Assembly (NCBI GenBank): GCA_951406725.2 | Contig: OX597824.1 | Location: 20,894,001-20,958,000 of the forward strand | Source of the DNA: Octopus vulgaris | Taxonomy: Eukaryota | Direction: 5' to 3' | DNA: 64,000 nt | In this document: in pieces, positions 13,290 through 25,296 of the stretch | How the letters are laid out: each line of letters begins with the position of its first letter | Position numbering within the stretch: position 1 is the stretch's first letter | Notes under the pieces: model-generated | What the model was told of the DNA's origin: nothing | The model's input: the letters and a program-made list of their open reading frames with translations, nothing else | Databases searched by the model: none | Program-made: the position numbers and the translations under genes

Positions 13290-13647
13290 GACCACGAACA
13301 GGACGTCACTGTGCTGTCCCCATTGTGCCAACTGCTTCATCTTGGGCAAGGACAATGTACTGCAATAGCTTGGGTTCCAAGAGTCCACAGCTGTTTAACT
13401 GTCTGCCGGAGCATCTGAGGAGCCTCCATGGAGTGGATGTAGACGTTTTCAAACGCGAACTTGACCTCTGGCTTGCCGAGATCCCGGATGAGCCAATATC
13501 TAGGCAAGAAACTCAAAGGAGGGCAGTAGCATCGAACTCCATCCTTCACCAGAAGCCACTCCAACAAAGGTGGAAAGATGATTGCAATGGCAGTGCTCCA
13601 GCATGGCCACAGTCATTGGACTGAAACATATAAGAGAATAAGAGAAT
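13290..13647 (+). mobile_element. CR1/L2-type LINE 3' end
   Basis: 'QLFNCLPEHLR...VDVFKRELDLWL' resembles the C-terminal WNxLP/FKxxLD motif; short-repeat tail (TAAGAGAA)2. Confidence 0.7.
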
Positions 13648-14421
13648 ACTACTAAAATTCTGTGATTGCTTGTTTGTGTGCTTGTGAATATTATAATTTA
13701 CTGTAGAGTTTTGGATTGTTTAATTTGACCATAACCTCACATTTTTGTTAGATATTCTTTTGCCCTCTGTCTTTCCCAACTTTAGTAACCATGTACCTCC
13801 CTAACAGCAGGGCACTTGTTCCCATATTTCTAATATGATTTAACCTCTCATCACCTGGCACAAAGCCACCTCACTCTACTACTCCCCCATCAGTTGTTGG
13901 GTCTTGTTTTACAAATTACTTGGCGACTTCATTGGTGCCAGTACCACGTGAAAAGCATCCAGTACCCTTTGTAAAGTGGTTGATGTTTGGAAGGGTACCA
14001 AGCCATAGAAACTATACCAAAGCAGACATTGGAACATGACACCACAGTCCTCTGGTTCTTCAGCTCCTGCTGTTGTTATTGTTAAGCAACAAGACAGGTA
14101 AGGGTGATTAGGTGATGGTCTAGGGCTTAGGGGCGGGAGACCCCAGACCTTGGAAAAGAAAAAAAAAACTTTGGTCATCTTGTAATCGAGGGCTCTTCGT
14201 TGACGCCCGACACCACTGGGAGGTGGCCTTCGAAGTCGCTGGAAATGGAGATCTCCAGGTCCAAAGTCTTGGACGGCTTCAGCTCCTGCTGAGCCACCCA
14301 GTCCATGCTGGAATGGAAAACGGATGCTAAAGCCTGGTAATGATGATGATGATGACGACCAATATTATTAACGATGTATCATAAATATATAATCTCATTT
14401 ATTCCTTTGGTTTATTTTCAG

Positions 14422-14476
14422 TGAAACGCGTATGACAGAAATATTAGAATATTTATACAAAATAGAAGATAAAACA
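14422..14476 (+). CDS. CRELD: CRELD exon 3 (ETRMTEILEYLYKIEDKT)
   Basis: Matches the SExRLxEILE motif; ttttcag| and |GTAAGT; phase 2 to 0. Confidence 0.9.
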
Positions 14477-15799
14477 GTAAGTCTACCTGTAATATTTTAC
14501 ATCTGTGTGAGATATACCTGTTTACAACTTTGTTTCATATTATTGTATTGCACCTTTATGGATCATCAATGATAGGAAAATTTATTTTTGTATCCTTCCA
14601 CTTTATTTATATTTGAGAGTGGCTAACCGGCTTCCGTGCCAGTGGCACATAAAAGGCACCATTCGAGTGTGATCGTTACCAGCATCGCCTTACTGGCACT
14701 TGTGTCCTTGCTAGTAGGGTGCCAAGAGCACCATCTCAGCTTGATCGTTGCCAGAGCGGCTAATTGGCTTCAGTGCCGGTGGCACGTAAAAGGCACCATT
14801 CGAGCATGATCGTTACTGGCGTTGCCTTACTGTCATCTGTGCCGGTGGCATGTGTAAAAAGATTCGAGCGAGGTCGTTGCCAGTACCGCCTGACTGGCCC
14901 CCGTGCCGGTGGCACATAAAAGCACCCACTACACTCTCGGAGTGGTTGGCGTTAGGAAGGGCATCCAGCTGTAGAAACTCTGCCAGATCAAGATTGAAGC
15001 CTCGTGCAGCCATCTGGTTCGCCAGCCCTCAGTCAAATCGTACAAACCATGCTAGCATGGAAAGCAGACGTTAAACGATGATGATGATGTAGAGTTTTCT
15101 CCTATTTTTCTTCAATTGCAAAGCCTTTGATCAGATTCTCAAAATGAATCTTATGTAAAGACATCTGCTTCTACACTTAGCTGAGATTAGGCATCCTGAA
15201 TATTATTTTAGCAAGTTTAAAGTGATTTCTTTTGTGCTGTAGACCATTTACCAATTCTTTGGTGCCCCCCCCCCCCCCCCGATGCCCTAAGCACATGTTT
15301 ATTTTGCTTAATGGTCAATCCAGCACTAGTCTATAGTAGAGTGCTCATCTAGACAGAGGTCTAATAGAACTGGACAATCTGCACAGTGTTATTTGAGGGA
15401 GCCATAGCAGCTATCTCTGGCAGGTGGAGACTTCCTTGTTGGCTCATATTGCATAGGAGTAGAATTATAAAGTAAATTTATACAGATTTATAACGACGTA
15501 CTTAATGAGCTTCATGGAATATAGACTCACATCTATTTCGGATGAATTAGTAAATTAACAGCATTTTTCTTTTAAAGCTCCCATCACTAATTATGTTAAT
15601 TAATTGCAGAGAGCATTAGTTCATGTAATTAATGACATTTCTTGGTTATTTATTCTCTAAAATTTGCTAATATTCTACCCTCACAAGATTGTAGTCTGTG
15701 CTCAACTGAGGATCTCTAATAACACTGAAACATGTCTGGAGTTGTCTCACATACCAGGATAAGTAAAATCATATCAGCCAGTGATAATATGGTCTTTCT

Positions 15800-16637
15800 T
15801 TCATCATCATTTAATGACTACTTTTCCATGCTTGCATGAGTCAGACAGAGTTTATTGAGGCAGATTTCTTATGGCTGGATGCCTTTCCTGTTGCTAACCC
15901 TCACCTATTTCCAAGCAAGGTAATATTTCCCCATGACCAGACATGCGTCTGCAGTATACTGGAAATGAATGACACCGCTTGTGTAACAGTGACACTCATT
16001 TACAACTATCATGCAATGTAACGACGAGGAAACACAAGAAACACACACACACACACACATTTACATATATATGATAAGATTCTTTCAGTTTCCATTTATC
16101 AAATCTCGTTGCCAGAGCAACTAGCTGGCCTCCATGCCGATGGCACATAAAAAGCACCATTTGAGTGTGATCGTTACCTGCATCACCTTACTGGCACTTC
16201 TGCTGGTGGCACATGAAAAAACATTCGAGCGAGGTCGTTGCCAGTGCTGCTCGACTGGCTCCTGTGCAGGTGGCACATAAAAAACACCATTTGAGCATGG
16301 CTGTTGCCATTACCGCATGAGTGGCCCTCATGCCGGTGGCACATAAAAGCACCCACTATAGTCTCGGAGTAGTTGGCGTTAGGAAGGGCTTCCAGCTGTA
16401 GAAACACTGACAGATCAGATTGGAGTCTGGTGCAGCCATCTGGTTCGCCAGACCTCAGTCAAATCGTCCAACCCATGCTAGCATGGAAAGCGGATGTTAA
16501 ACGATGATGATTCTCAAGGCATTGGCTAGCCCGGGGCTGTAGAAGAAGACACTTGCTCAATCTGCCACATAGTGGGACTGAACCTGGAACCATGTAGTTG
16601 AGAAGCAAACTTCTTCCCACACTGCTCTACCTGCACC
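15800..16637 (-). mobile_element. SINE with a family-B-like head and (ATG)n tail, interrupted by an RTE 3' fragment (~16105-16510); related copy at ~8068-8455
   Basis: Two halves of one element flank an oppositely oriented RTE-type tail. Confidence 0.6.
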
Positions 16638-16666
16638 TCACTGTATAACTATTTCTGATTATTTTT

Positions 16667-16895
16667 TTAACCCTTTCGATACCAACCCGGCTGAAACTGC
16701 CTCTGGCTCTGTAATACAAATGTCATGCTTACATAAGTTTTGAATAAAAATCTTCCACCAAACCTTAGTCATAAGTTATGTTCCTAACTCTAACTTAATG
16801 ATAACTAAGTTATTTTATTAAATTCTTTGTTATATTTAAAATAATTGAAAGAAACACAGAGCATCTCAAAATAAATACTGTAACAAAAGGGTTAA
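16667..16895. mobile_element. TTAA MITE copy 2
   Basis: TIRs and TTAA duplication. Confidence 0.8.
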
Positions 16896-16974
16896 TGTTA
16901 ACCGCTTTAACTATATCCATGCTAAATTATATATTGCAACGTGTGATGTAATTATTTGCTTTGTTTATTTCCAG

Positions 16975-17089
16975 GCTCACAGCTTATTGGAACAGTTTGA
17001 AGATAGGATTGAAAATTTCTGGTTTAAGCATTTTGTGAAAAAGACCCGTGTAGATTTCTTTCAATATTTCTGTATAACAAATGCTAAAG
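16975..17089 (+). CDS. CRELD: CRELD exon 4 (AHSLLEQFEDRIENFWFKHFVKKTRVDFFQYFCITNAK)
   Basis: WE-domain-like sequence; ttccag| and |GTATGA; phase 0 to 1. Confidence 0.9.
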
Positions 17090-17295
17090 GTATGAAAATG
17101 ATTCATATTGATAACAATTACACTAGAGTATCTCTAAAATGTTAATAGTGAGGTAGCTGTGATCTCTGTAAGGGAGTGAGGTACATACAATCAGTGTAAT
17201 AGTGAGGTACATATTATTTAATATCCATTGTCCATGATGGCATTGGTTGGATGGCTTGAAAGCTGGGAGGCTGCACCAGACTCCAATCTGATTTC

Positions 17296-17530
17296 TTATT
17301 TCTTTACTGCCCACAAGGGGCTACACACAGAAGGGACAAACAAGGACAGACAAACGTATTAAGATGATTATATTGACCTCAGTGCATAACTGGTACTTAT
17401 TTAATTGACCCCAAAAGGATGAAAGGCAAAGTTGACCTTGGCTGAATTTGAATTCAGGACATAGCGGCAGACGAAATACCGCTAAGTATTTTGCCCGGCA
17501 TGCTTACGTTTCTGCCAGCTCGCCACCTTG
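17296..17530 (-). mobile_element. SINE family A copy, inserted in an RTE 3' fragment
   Basis: Similar to the 609 copy; flanked by duplicated GACTCCAATCTGATTT. Confidence 0.75.
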
Positions 17531-18522
17531 ACTCCATCAGATTGACTCCAATCTGATTTGACATGGTTTTCTATGGCTGGATACCTTTCCTAACACCAAC
17601 CTGAAAGTGTAACAGGTGCTTTTATGTGACACCAGTATCTGTCTTGACTGTGATTTTACTTGGCTTGATGGGTCTTCTTCTCTAGTATGACATAATGTCA
17701 AAGGTCTTGGTCATTGCCTCCGTGAGGCCCAACACTTGAAAGGAACTCATCCACAGGGTAGATATGATGAATGTTTATTAGTGAGGTACATCTGATCAGT
17801 TTGCATTTGTGAGGTACTTATGATCATAGTGAAAGAGTGAGATACATACAACCAAAGTGTGATAGCAAGGTACATATGACCAAAATGTAGGGGTTTGTGT
17901 CATTGATTGGAATGGAAGAACAGTGTATTATGAAGTAAGTTCAGTTTATTCTAGAGTTAGATTTAATAATTTCTAACAAAGACAGTCAGCCCCAGATATG
18001 TAAGAGGGAACATTTAATTTCACTGATTCCAGTACTTGACTGGTTCTTATTTTATCAATTACAGAAAAAAGGATGAAAAGTAAAAGTCCACTTGGACTAG
18101 ATTTGAACTCAAGAACAAAATGCTGCAAGGAATTTGTTCCAGCACTGCAGTGGTTCTGCCAATTTACCATATTAACAAATAGTTCCAGTTAATCATTTTA
18201 AATAGTTACAAAGAATTTTTTCAGCATTGGTAGTCCTGTCTTTGCAACTGTAATGTTTAATTGTCTGTTATGAAGGGAAACAAACATGTATACATGGATT
18301 AGCCTGCTCTCTTACTTTATCAAATTCCATTCATTCATGTTTTGGCTTAATGCCCATTTTTTCCATGGTTGCATGGGTTGCGAATATACTCTGGCATATT
18401 GTCACCACTGTATTATCTACTTTCCAGCTACCCTTACCTACCTTCATATAATGCAGGGTAGCCATGTATCTCCTCTATAGCAAGACACCTGTGTTTTGTC
18501 CTTCATTCATACTTTAACCATC

Positions 18523-18762
18523 AATACCTATTTCTTTACTACCCACAAGTGGCTAAACACAGAGGGGACAAACAAGGACAGACAAACGGATTAAGTCGAT
18601 TATATCGACCCCAGTGCGAAACTGGTACTTAATTTATCGACCCCGAAAGGATGAAAGGCAAAGTCGACCTCGGCGGAATTTGAACTCAGAATGTAACGGC
18701 AGCCAAAATACCGCTAAGCATTTTGCCCGGCGTGCTAACATTTCTGCCAGCTTGCTGCCTTA
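18523..18762 (-). mobile_element. SINE family A, full length with 16-bp target-site duplication
   Basis: TTAACCATCAATACCT at 18514-18529 and 18763-18778. Confidence 0.85.
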
Positions 18763-19325
18763 TTAACCATCAATACCTGGCACAAAGCCACCTCCTCCTT
18801 TCTCAAATATGTTCTCACTCAGCTGAAGGGGATTTTTTTCTTTCTTTTCTTTGTATTGCAAGTTACTTGGCCACCTCACTAGTGTTGGTACCCCAAAAAT
18901 AAAAAAAAAAAAAGCTTCTACACACTGTAAAGTGGTTGGCTTAAAGTTAATTTTGAAATTGACAAAAACTAAAAGAAAATGTATAGATATATCTATTGGT
19001 CTACACCTCACCCTGCCCCTTGTCCCCAGTGACCATATGAAATTTTCCTCCACCTTTCTTTCCAGAGGACGGTCCCACCCATTTTGAGAAGCTCTGTATC
19101 ACAACATCAAACAAAATGACTGTGGGATCTAGTTGCAACCCTTTACAATCTAAGTTCAAATCCTGTCAAAGTCTACTTCACCTATCATCTTTCTAGAGGT
19201 GATAAAGTAAAAAATGTTAGTTAAGTATTGTGGATGATTTAACATTCCAGTAAAGAAATTATATTTGTAAACAAATTCATTTGCTGTTTAAACTAATTCT
19301 AATTATTTTTAAATATTTCTTTCAG

Positions 19326-19414
19326 TTTGTTGTCCAAAGAACACATATGGACCTACTTGTCAGCCTTGTCATGGAGGAAAAGAGAGACCATGCAAAAAGA
19401 GGGGCAAATGCATT
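19326..19414 (+). CDS. CRELD: CRELD exon 5 (VCCPKNTYGPTCQPCHGGKERPCKKRGKCI)
   Basis: VCCPxxTYGPxCxxCxGG motif; tttcag| and |GTATGA; phase 1 to 0. Confidence 0.95.
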
Positions 19415-19594
19415 GTATGAAGTTTTCCTTTGATTTTTTTTAACATTTTTCCCTTTCTTCTGCCAAACTCTAGAATGCTTAATGCTTGAATATCCTTGCT
19501 TAGGTAGAACTCTTTGCAGAACTTGCAAAGCAAAATATATAGGTCCTGTTCTATTGATATGCAATGCTATAGGTAATATAGTTCTATAGAATGG

Positions 19595-19692
19595 TTCTTT
19601 GTGTATTTTCCATCTCTTTTACTATCCAGTTATGGGGACGTAAACACACCAACATCAGTTGTCAAGCAATGGTGGGGAGACAAGCAGAGACT

Positions 19693-19750
<58 letters not shown>

Positions 19751-19909
19751 ACAGGCTTCTTACAATTTCCATCTACCAAATCCACTCACAAGGCTTTGGT
19801 CGGCCCAAGGCTATAGTAGACGACACTTGCCCAAGGTGCCATGCAGTGGGACTGAACCCGAAACCATGTGGTTGGTAAGCAAGCTACTTACCACACGGCT
19901 ACTCCTGCA
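19595..19909 (-). mobile_element. SINE family B, 3'-truncated
   Basis: Similar to the 8731 copy. Confidence 0.72.
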
Positions 19910-20499
19910 CCTTTGATTATTTTTTAAATTAATAAATGTGATAGGAGAGTATTGTAGTTTGCTTGAAGCATTGTGTATTGTTTGTAAAGAATATAAAGTT
20001 TTGAATGGTACAACAATGCACTATAATACAAACAATGGACTATAAGAACTGTTGTAATTTCATCATCCATAGTCTGATATGATATTTCGGAATAAAAATT
20101 CCTTCTTCAGATATCCCTAGGAATTGATGGAGTCGCTGTTATAATCAGTTTTCCAATGGCTTTTCTTTGTTTTTTCGGAAGTGTCTCACCAGTGGTCTCA
20201 TGAAGCTCCTTCCAGAATTCCTCATGAGAAGTACGTGAGGTTGGCCATGTCTCAATCTCATGTGTGCTGGCACATCTTTAGTGCTGCTTCTAAGTTTTGT
20301 GTTATACATGCAGCTTCCCTTTTTGTGAAATTAAAAATTCTGAAACATTGTATCACATTTAGTTAGGGGGTCAGTACATTTTTACTGACTTTGTTACCCA
20401 AATTATTTCCAGCTTTTACTAAATTTTATTGTAAAGTAAACTCTGACTCTACAACCCTGATTATACAAACACCCTATTTTTACCTTTTCTTTTTTCCAG

Positions 20500-20626
20500 G
20501 GTGAGGGTACCCGAGGTGGCAGTGGGAAGTGTAATTGTACAGATGGTTACGTTGGAGAATTATGTGATGAGTGCGATGTTGGTTTTTACTTAGGATACAA
20601 AAATGAGACACACACAGTGTGCCACT
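20500..20626 (+). CDS. CRELD: CRELD exon 6, EGF-like (GEGTRGGSGKCNCTDGYVGELCDECDVGFYLGYKNETHTVCH)
   Basis: GxGxRxGxGxCxCxxGYxGxLC motif; ttccag| and |GTAAGT; phase 0 to 1. Confidence 0.95.
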
Positions 20627-20685
20627 GTAAGTTCCAGACCAAATACATTCACATATTTTTCTACATTCTTTCTCTTTCTTTCTTT

Positions 20686-21076
20686 TCTTTTACTTGTTTC
20701 AGTCATTTTGACTGTGGCCATGCTGGAGCACCGCCTTTTTAGTCGAGCAACTCGACCCCGGGACTCATTCTTTTTGTAAGCCCAGTACTTATTCTATCGG
20801 TCTCTTTTTGCCGAACCGCTAAGTGACGGGGACGTAAACACACCAGCATCGGTTGTCAAGCAATGCTAGGGGAACAAACACAGACACACAAACACACACA
20901 CATACATATATATACATATATACGACAGGCTTCTTTCAGTTTCCGTCTACCAAATCCACTCACAAGGCATTGGTCGGCCCGGGGCTATAGCAGAAGACAC
21001 TTGCCCAAGATGCCACGCAGTGGGACTGAACCCGGAACCATGTGGTTGGTTAGCAAGCTACTTACCACACAGCCAC
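20686..21076 (-). mobile_element. SINE family B
   Basis: Full head to tail, similar to the 8731 and 43170 copies. Confidence 0.8.
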
Positions 21077-21245
21077 CATGTTTTTAATTCTTCAAAAGAT
21101 TCATAGATATATGTAACAATGGATTTATACCACATGTGAAAACCATTTTGGTAAAACATTTACGAGTAAAAATCTTTGGGAGAAAGTTGTGGTTAATAAT
21201 TGTATGCAGTATGGAAAATAGAGATATGTATATTTTTATTTGAAG

Positions 21246-21515
21246 TCTGGGCAAGGTCGTTTTATGGAAGACCGGCAGTTGCCCATGCATACCAGCCTCC
21301 CCTCTTCATGCCACCAGTGTTATCCAAGGGAAAGGCAAAGGCTGATAGAGTTTGGCACCAGTGATGTCACAACTCATTACAGCTGAGTGAACTGGAGCAA
21401 TGTGAAATAAAGTGTCTTGCTCAAGAACACAACACGCAGCCCGGTCCGGGAATCGAACTCACTAACTCATGATTGTGAGCCTGACACTTTAACCACTGAG
21501 CCATGTGCCTTCACA
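21246..21515 (-). mobile_element. tRNA-derived SINE with core-like GTGTTCTTGAGCAAGACACTT; relatives at ~31475-31680 (+) and ~38990-39372 (-)
   Basis: A box TGGCTCAGTGG, B box GTTCGATTCC. Confidence 0.7.
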
Positions 21516-21720
21516 TTTCATATATATATCTATGTTCCAACTATTTCCTGTTGTTTCTTAAAACTTTATATCATCATCATCATTTTCCTTCCGTGATACC
21601 GACACAGCTTCAGTATACTCGTACATGTTCACACAAAAACGGGGACAACATTTAACATGTCTAATGTGTTTTGTTCTCTCAATGAATTTTTTTCTTCTTT
21701 TTTTTTTTTTTAATTTCTAG

Positions 21721-21822
21721 TATGTCACAAAGCTTGCAAGACATCTTGCACAGACAACACACCTTTTACCTGTGATGAATGTGGTCAGGGCTGGAAGTAT
21801 TCAGATGAATATGGGTGTGATG
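21721..21822 (+). CDS. CRELD: CRELD exon 7, furin-like repeat (LCHKACKTSCTDNTPFTCDECGQGWKYSDEYGCD)
   Basis: FU cysteine spacing; long T tract then tctag|, donor |GTAAGT; phase 1 to 1. Confidence 0.92.
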
Positions 21823-21858
21823 GTAAGTATATTTCCATTATCATGTCATTCTGTAAAT

Positions 21859-22072
21859 CAGCATTTCTCAACCGGAGTTTCCCCGGAACCCTAGGGTTCT
21901 GCAAAAGGTTCATAAGGGTTCCGCAAGAAAGAGTGAGATAAGCTAATGCTAATTTCATGATTGTAATATTACTACACATGCACAACACATTATTGGTTAT
22001 TGTAATATAGACATTGTCCTATCTAACCCCTATTATGTTATCAAGAAAATATCACAGCCATATATATGTATA

Positions 22073-22129
<57 letters not shown>

Positions 22130-22532
22130 ATATATGTTAAAGAAAATGAGACGGCAAAGCCAAGGCTGTGGAATTTTCAGGACATTTATAAAGAGTAAGT
22201 CTTACAGCTGTTTCTGAGATGTTAGGGATATCGCTTCATCAGAGACGATGTGAGATGATTAAATAGAGGGAAATATTAGAGTTCAATATGAGGAGTTATT
22301 TTGGAAAAGGAAGGAAATAAGGAGAATGAGTGTAAAAATAAATATATATAAAGATATATATATGTGTGTGTGTGTATATATATATATATATGTATATGAT
22401 ATTTACCTCATGAACTATGATGGAAAAAATATGAGAAAAGTATGGTATATAATTTTTTTATGTGCAGGGGTTCCTTGCGACATGTAATTTATTTTAAGTG
22501 TTACGCAAGGGTAAAAAAGTTGACAAACACTG
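21859..22532. mobile_element. hAT/Charlie-like MITE with internal (TA)n tracts and an inserted element
   Basis: Ends CAGCATTTCTCAAC ... GTTGACAAACACTG; imperfect 8-bp flanks. Confidence 0.55.
22199..22246 (-). ncRNA. Minimal hammerhead ribozyme motif
   Basis: GTCT-CTGATGA...GAAACAGCTGTA-AGAC: stem I GUCU/AGAC, palindromic stem III ACAGCUGU, GUA site. Confidence 0.6.
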
Positions 22533-22873
22533 GTTTAAATAGTTTCAGTGTTTTGAATGAGACCCGTTAAAGAATTACACAATCTAATAATGAAAGGATT
22601 TGTTTTTATAGTTTGAATATTTCATTACTACTTTGGCAAGTATGATGAATTTTTTATTTCGCTGATGAGGTCAGAATAATACCAAAACCTGAACAGAGTT
22701 GTCTCCACTTATCATAAAAATAAGGCAGAGTAATATTATTCAATGATTTATGTTATTTTTCCTTACTGAATAACTATTTGTAGTTAGCTTATTGAGATGG
22801 CTTACATATTTTCTGTCTTATATTGAAATTACACAAGTATATTTTCTCTCGTTTGTTTTTTCCTCTTTTCTAG

Positions 22874-22954
22874 ATATTAACGAATGTAGTTTAGGTAACC
22901 CATGCAATGGTAATTTCCGGTGTAAAAATACAGTTGGTTGGTACGAATGTCATC
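22874..22954 (+). CDS. CRELD: CRELD exon 8, calcium-binding EGF (DINECSLGNPCNGNFRCKNTVGWYECH)
   Basis: DINEC...CxNTxGxYxC consensus; ttctag| and |GTAAGT; phase 1 to 1. Confidence 0.93.
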
Positions 22955-24428
22955 GTAAGTATTCTAATTGAAAACTATTTTGTTTAATGTCACAAATATT
23001 TAACAACTGTTCTGAAGCAAGTAAAAGCAGATTCTTTTTCTTCTCTTTAAGAGTTGTAGGAATTGAGAAGTAGGCCTGCTGCTAAAGCTATGTAACCAAT
23101 TCATAAACTTCTTCATCATCATCATCATCATCATCATCGTTTAACATCCGTTTTCCATGCTAGCATGGGTTGGACAGTTCGACCGGGGTCTGGGAAGCCA
23201 GGAGGCTGCACCAGGCTCCAGTCTGATCTGGCAGTGTTTCTACAGCTGGATGTCCTTCCTAATGCCAACCACTCCGTGAGTGTAGTGGGTGTGCTTTTTA
23301 CGTGCCACCGGCAACGGCCACGATCGGTTGGTGGTTTTAACGTGCCACCGGCATGGAAGCCAGTCAAGGCAGTGCTGGCATCGGCCATGTCAAGGCGGCG
23401 TTGCCATCGGCCACGTACGGATGGTGCTTTTTAGGTGCCAGGGTAGGTTGGCAATCCTCCAGGCTTCTGATGTGTCTTCTGTAACTGATATAAATCGGCT
23501 TTTTAGAAATTGTTGACTGAACCTTCTGTTGAATGACATAATACCTGGAGAAAGTGAACACATCATAGAGTATTAAGGGCTTTCTAGTTTGCCATTTGTT
23601 TCTATTTGTTCATCTCCTTAAACCTTGCTAACTCTGAAATTGCCAGCCATGACTTCCTCTCCTCCAAGCCACTTGCCACCCACACCCAACTCCACTTCTG
23701 TTACTATTCATTATTTTCCCTCTCCCCCATCCTCTCATTCCAGTCACTTTGTTTATACTATCATACTCTTGCAACCTTCATTCATTCATCCTGGGTCTTC
23801 TGCCGCCCCTTCCCCTCATATTCATCTTCACAAACACCATCGCTTGAGGTAGTGAACACATAAGAATAGTGAGGACTCAATCAAAGCTTCTTTGTCTACA
23901 GTTTGAAACTGATCTCTGTTATCAGATAGATGCAATGAAGAAGCAGCTTCTCATCATCATTGTCGTCTTCTGCTTTCTATGCTGGCATGGGTTGGATGGT
24001 TTGGCTGCCCCAATCTGATCTGGCAAGATTTCTACAGCTGGATGCCCTTCCTAGCACCAACCACTCTGAAAATATTGTGGGTGCCTTTTACATGCCACCG
24101 GCATAGGGGCCAGTCAAGTGGCACTGGCACTGACCACACTTGAATGGTGCCATTTACGTGCACCACCGGGACAGGAGCCAGTCAGGTGGCACTGGCATCA
24201 ACCACGCTTGAATGGTGCTTTTTACATGCCACCAGCTCTGGCATCGGCTACATTCAGATGGTGCTTTTTATGTGCCAACTAAATTCAATTTGTAATTAAC
24301 AGAGACCAAGACATTCAGACCAAGTAACTTTGTTCTTTACATATTTTACATTTTAATCTCTTGACACTAACCTGCCTGGTCACTCTTACCTCTGATCCGG
24401 TTACAAACTCTCTCACTTCATAATTTTA

Positions 24429-24828
24429 CTAGCAGTATAGCCCGGCATTGCTCGGGCTTGTTTTCTTTTTGACCCTTTAGAAGTGGAATTTTTGAAAAGT
24501 AAAAAAATTTGCATTATGTAGCTTGTTATTCTGTTTAAGTGAACAATTTTCTGGTTGAAATACACCGAAAAATGGCGACACAGCAGTCAAAAAATCGTAA
24601 AAAATAGGGATTTTCATAGAAAAAAAAGCACCTTTTTGATGTAAATAATTTTTGGTGTTAACATGGTCCGATTTGAATTTTTTCTTCTACGGAATGAAGA
24701 GCAAGCCTTCTTCTATCATACTCTCAATTTTGGTCAGCTTGCCCCGCAGGGTCTCAGAGGAGATAGTGTTAGTTGAAGGCTACCAAACCTGCCATACACA
24801 GACAACTTCAGCTTTATATATAGAGAGA
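24429..24828 (-). mobile_element. Non-autonomous Helitron copy 2
   Basis: As for the 3214 copy. Confidence 0.8.
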
Positions 24829-25200
24829 TTTAAGAACCTTTTTGTTATATTCCAAACACCACCTTTTAATAATACTTTCTACTAATACACACGAGGCCTG
24901 ATATTTCTGCTATAGGTACAACACCTGAAATAACATCAACCCCAGTTCTTGTCTGGCACTAATTTCTTGAACCAGCTTCTAAAAATGAAAAAGCTAAACA
25001 TTTGTGCAAATTAATGCTTTTCACAAAATTCATAAAAACACATTGTGTGTATTTCATTACAAAGGCAATCACAGAAAAGTTATTTTTCTGCCCACAGTTC
25101 CAACTTATGGTTTTTTTTATTGTTTGAAACTAAATATTCCTAATCAGACATGTTTTTGCATTTAATTAAATATTATATTTTTGTTGTTGTTGTGGTTCAG

Positions 25201-25296
25201 GGTGTGATCTTTCTTGTGATGGCTGTACTGGAAATGGTCCAGAAAAATGCATTCGATGTGCTGATGGCTATCGTCCAGTGGACGGTAAATGTTCTG
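25201..25296 (+). CDS. CRELD: CRELD exon 9, furin-like repeat (RCDLSCDGCTGNGPEKCIRCADGYRPVDGKCS)
   Basis: CDxSCxGCTGxGPxxCxxCxxGY motif; ttcag| and |GTGAGT; phase 1 to 1. Confidence 0.93.
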
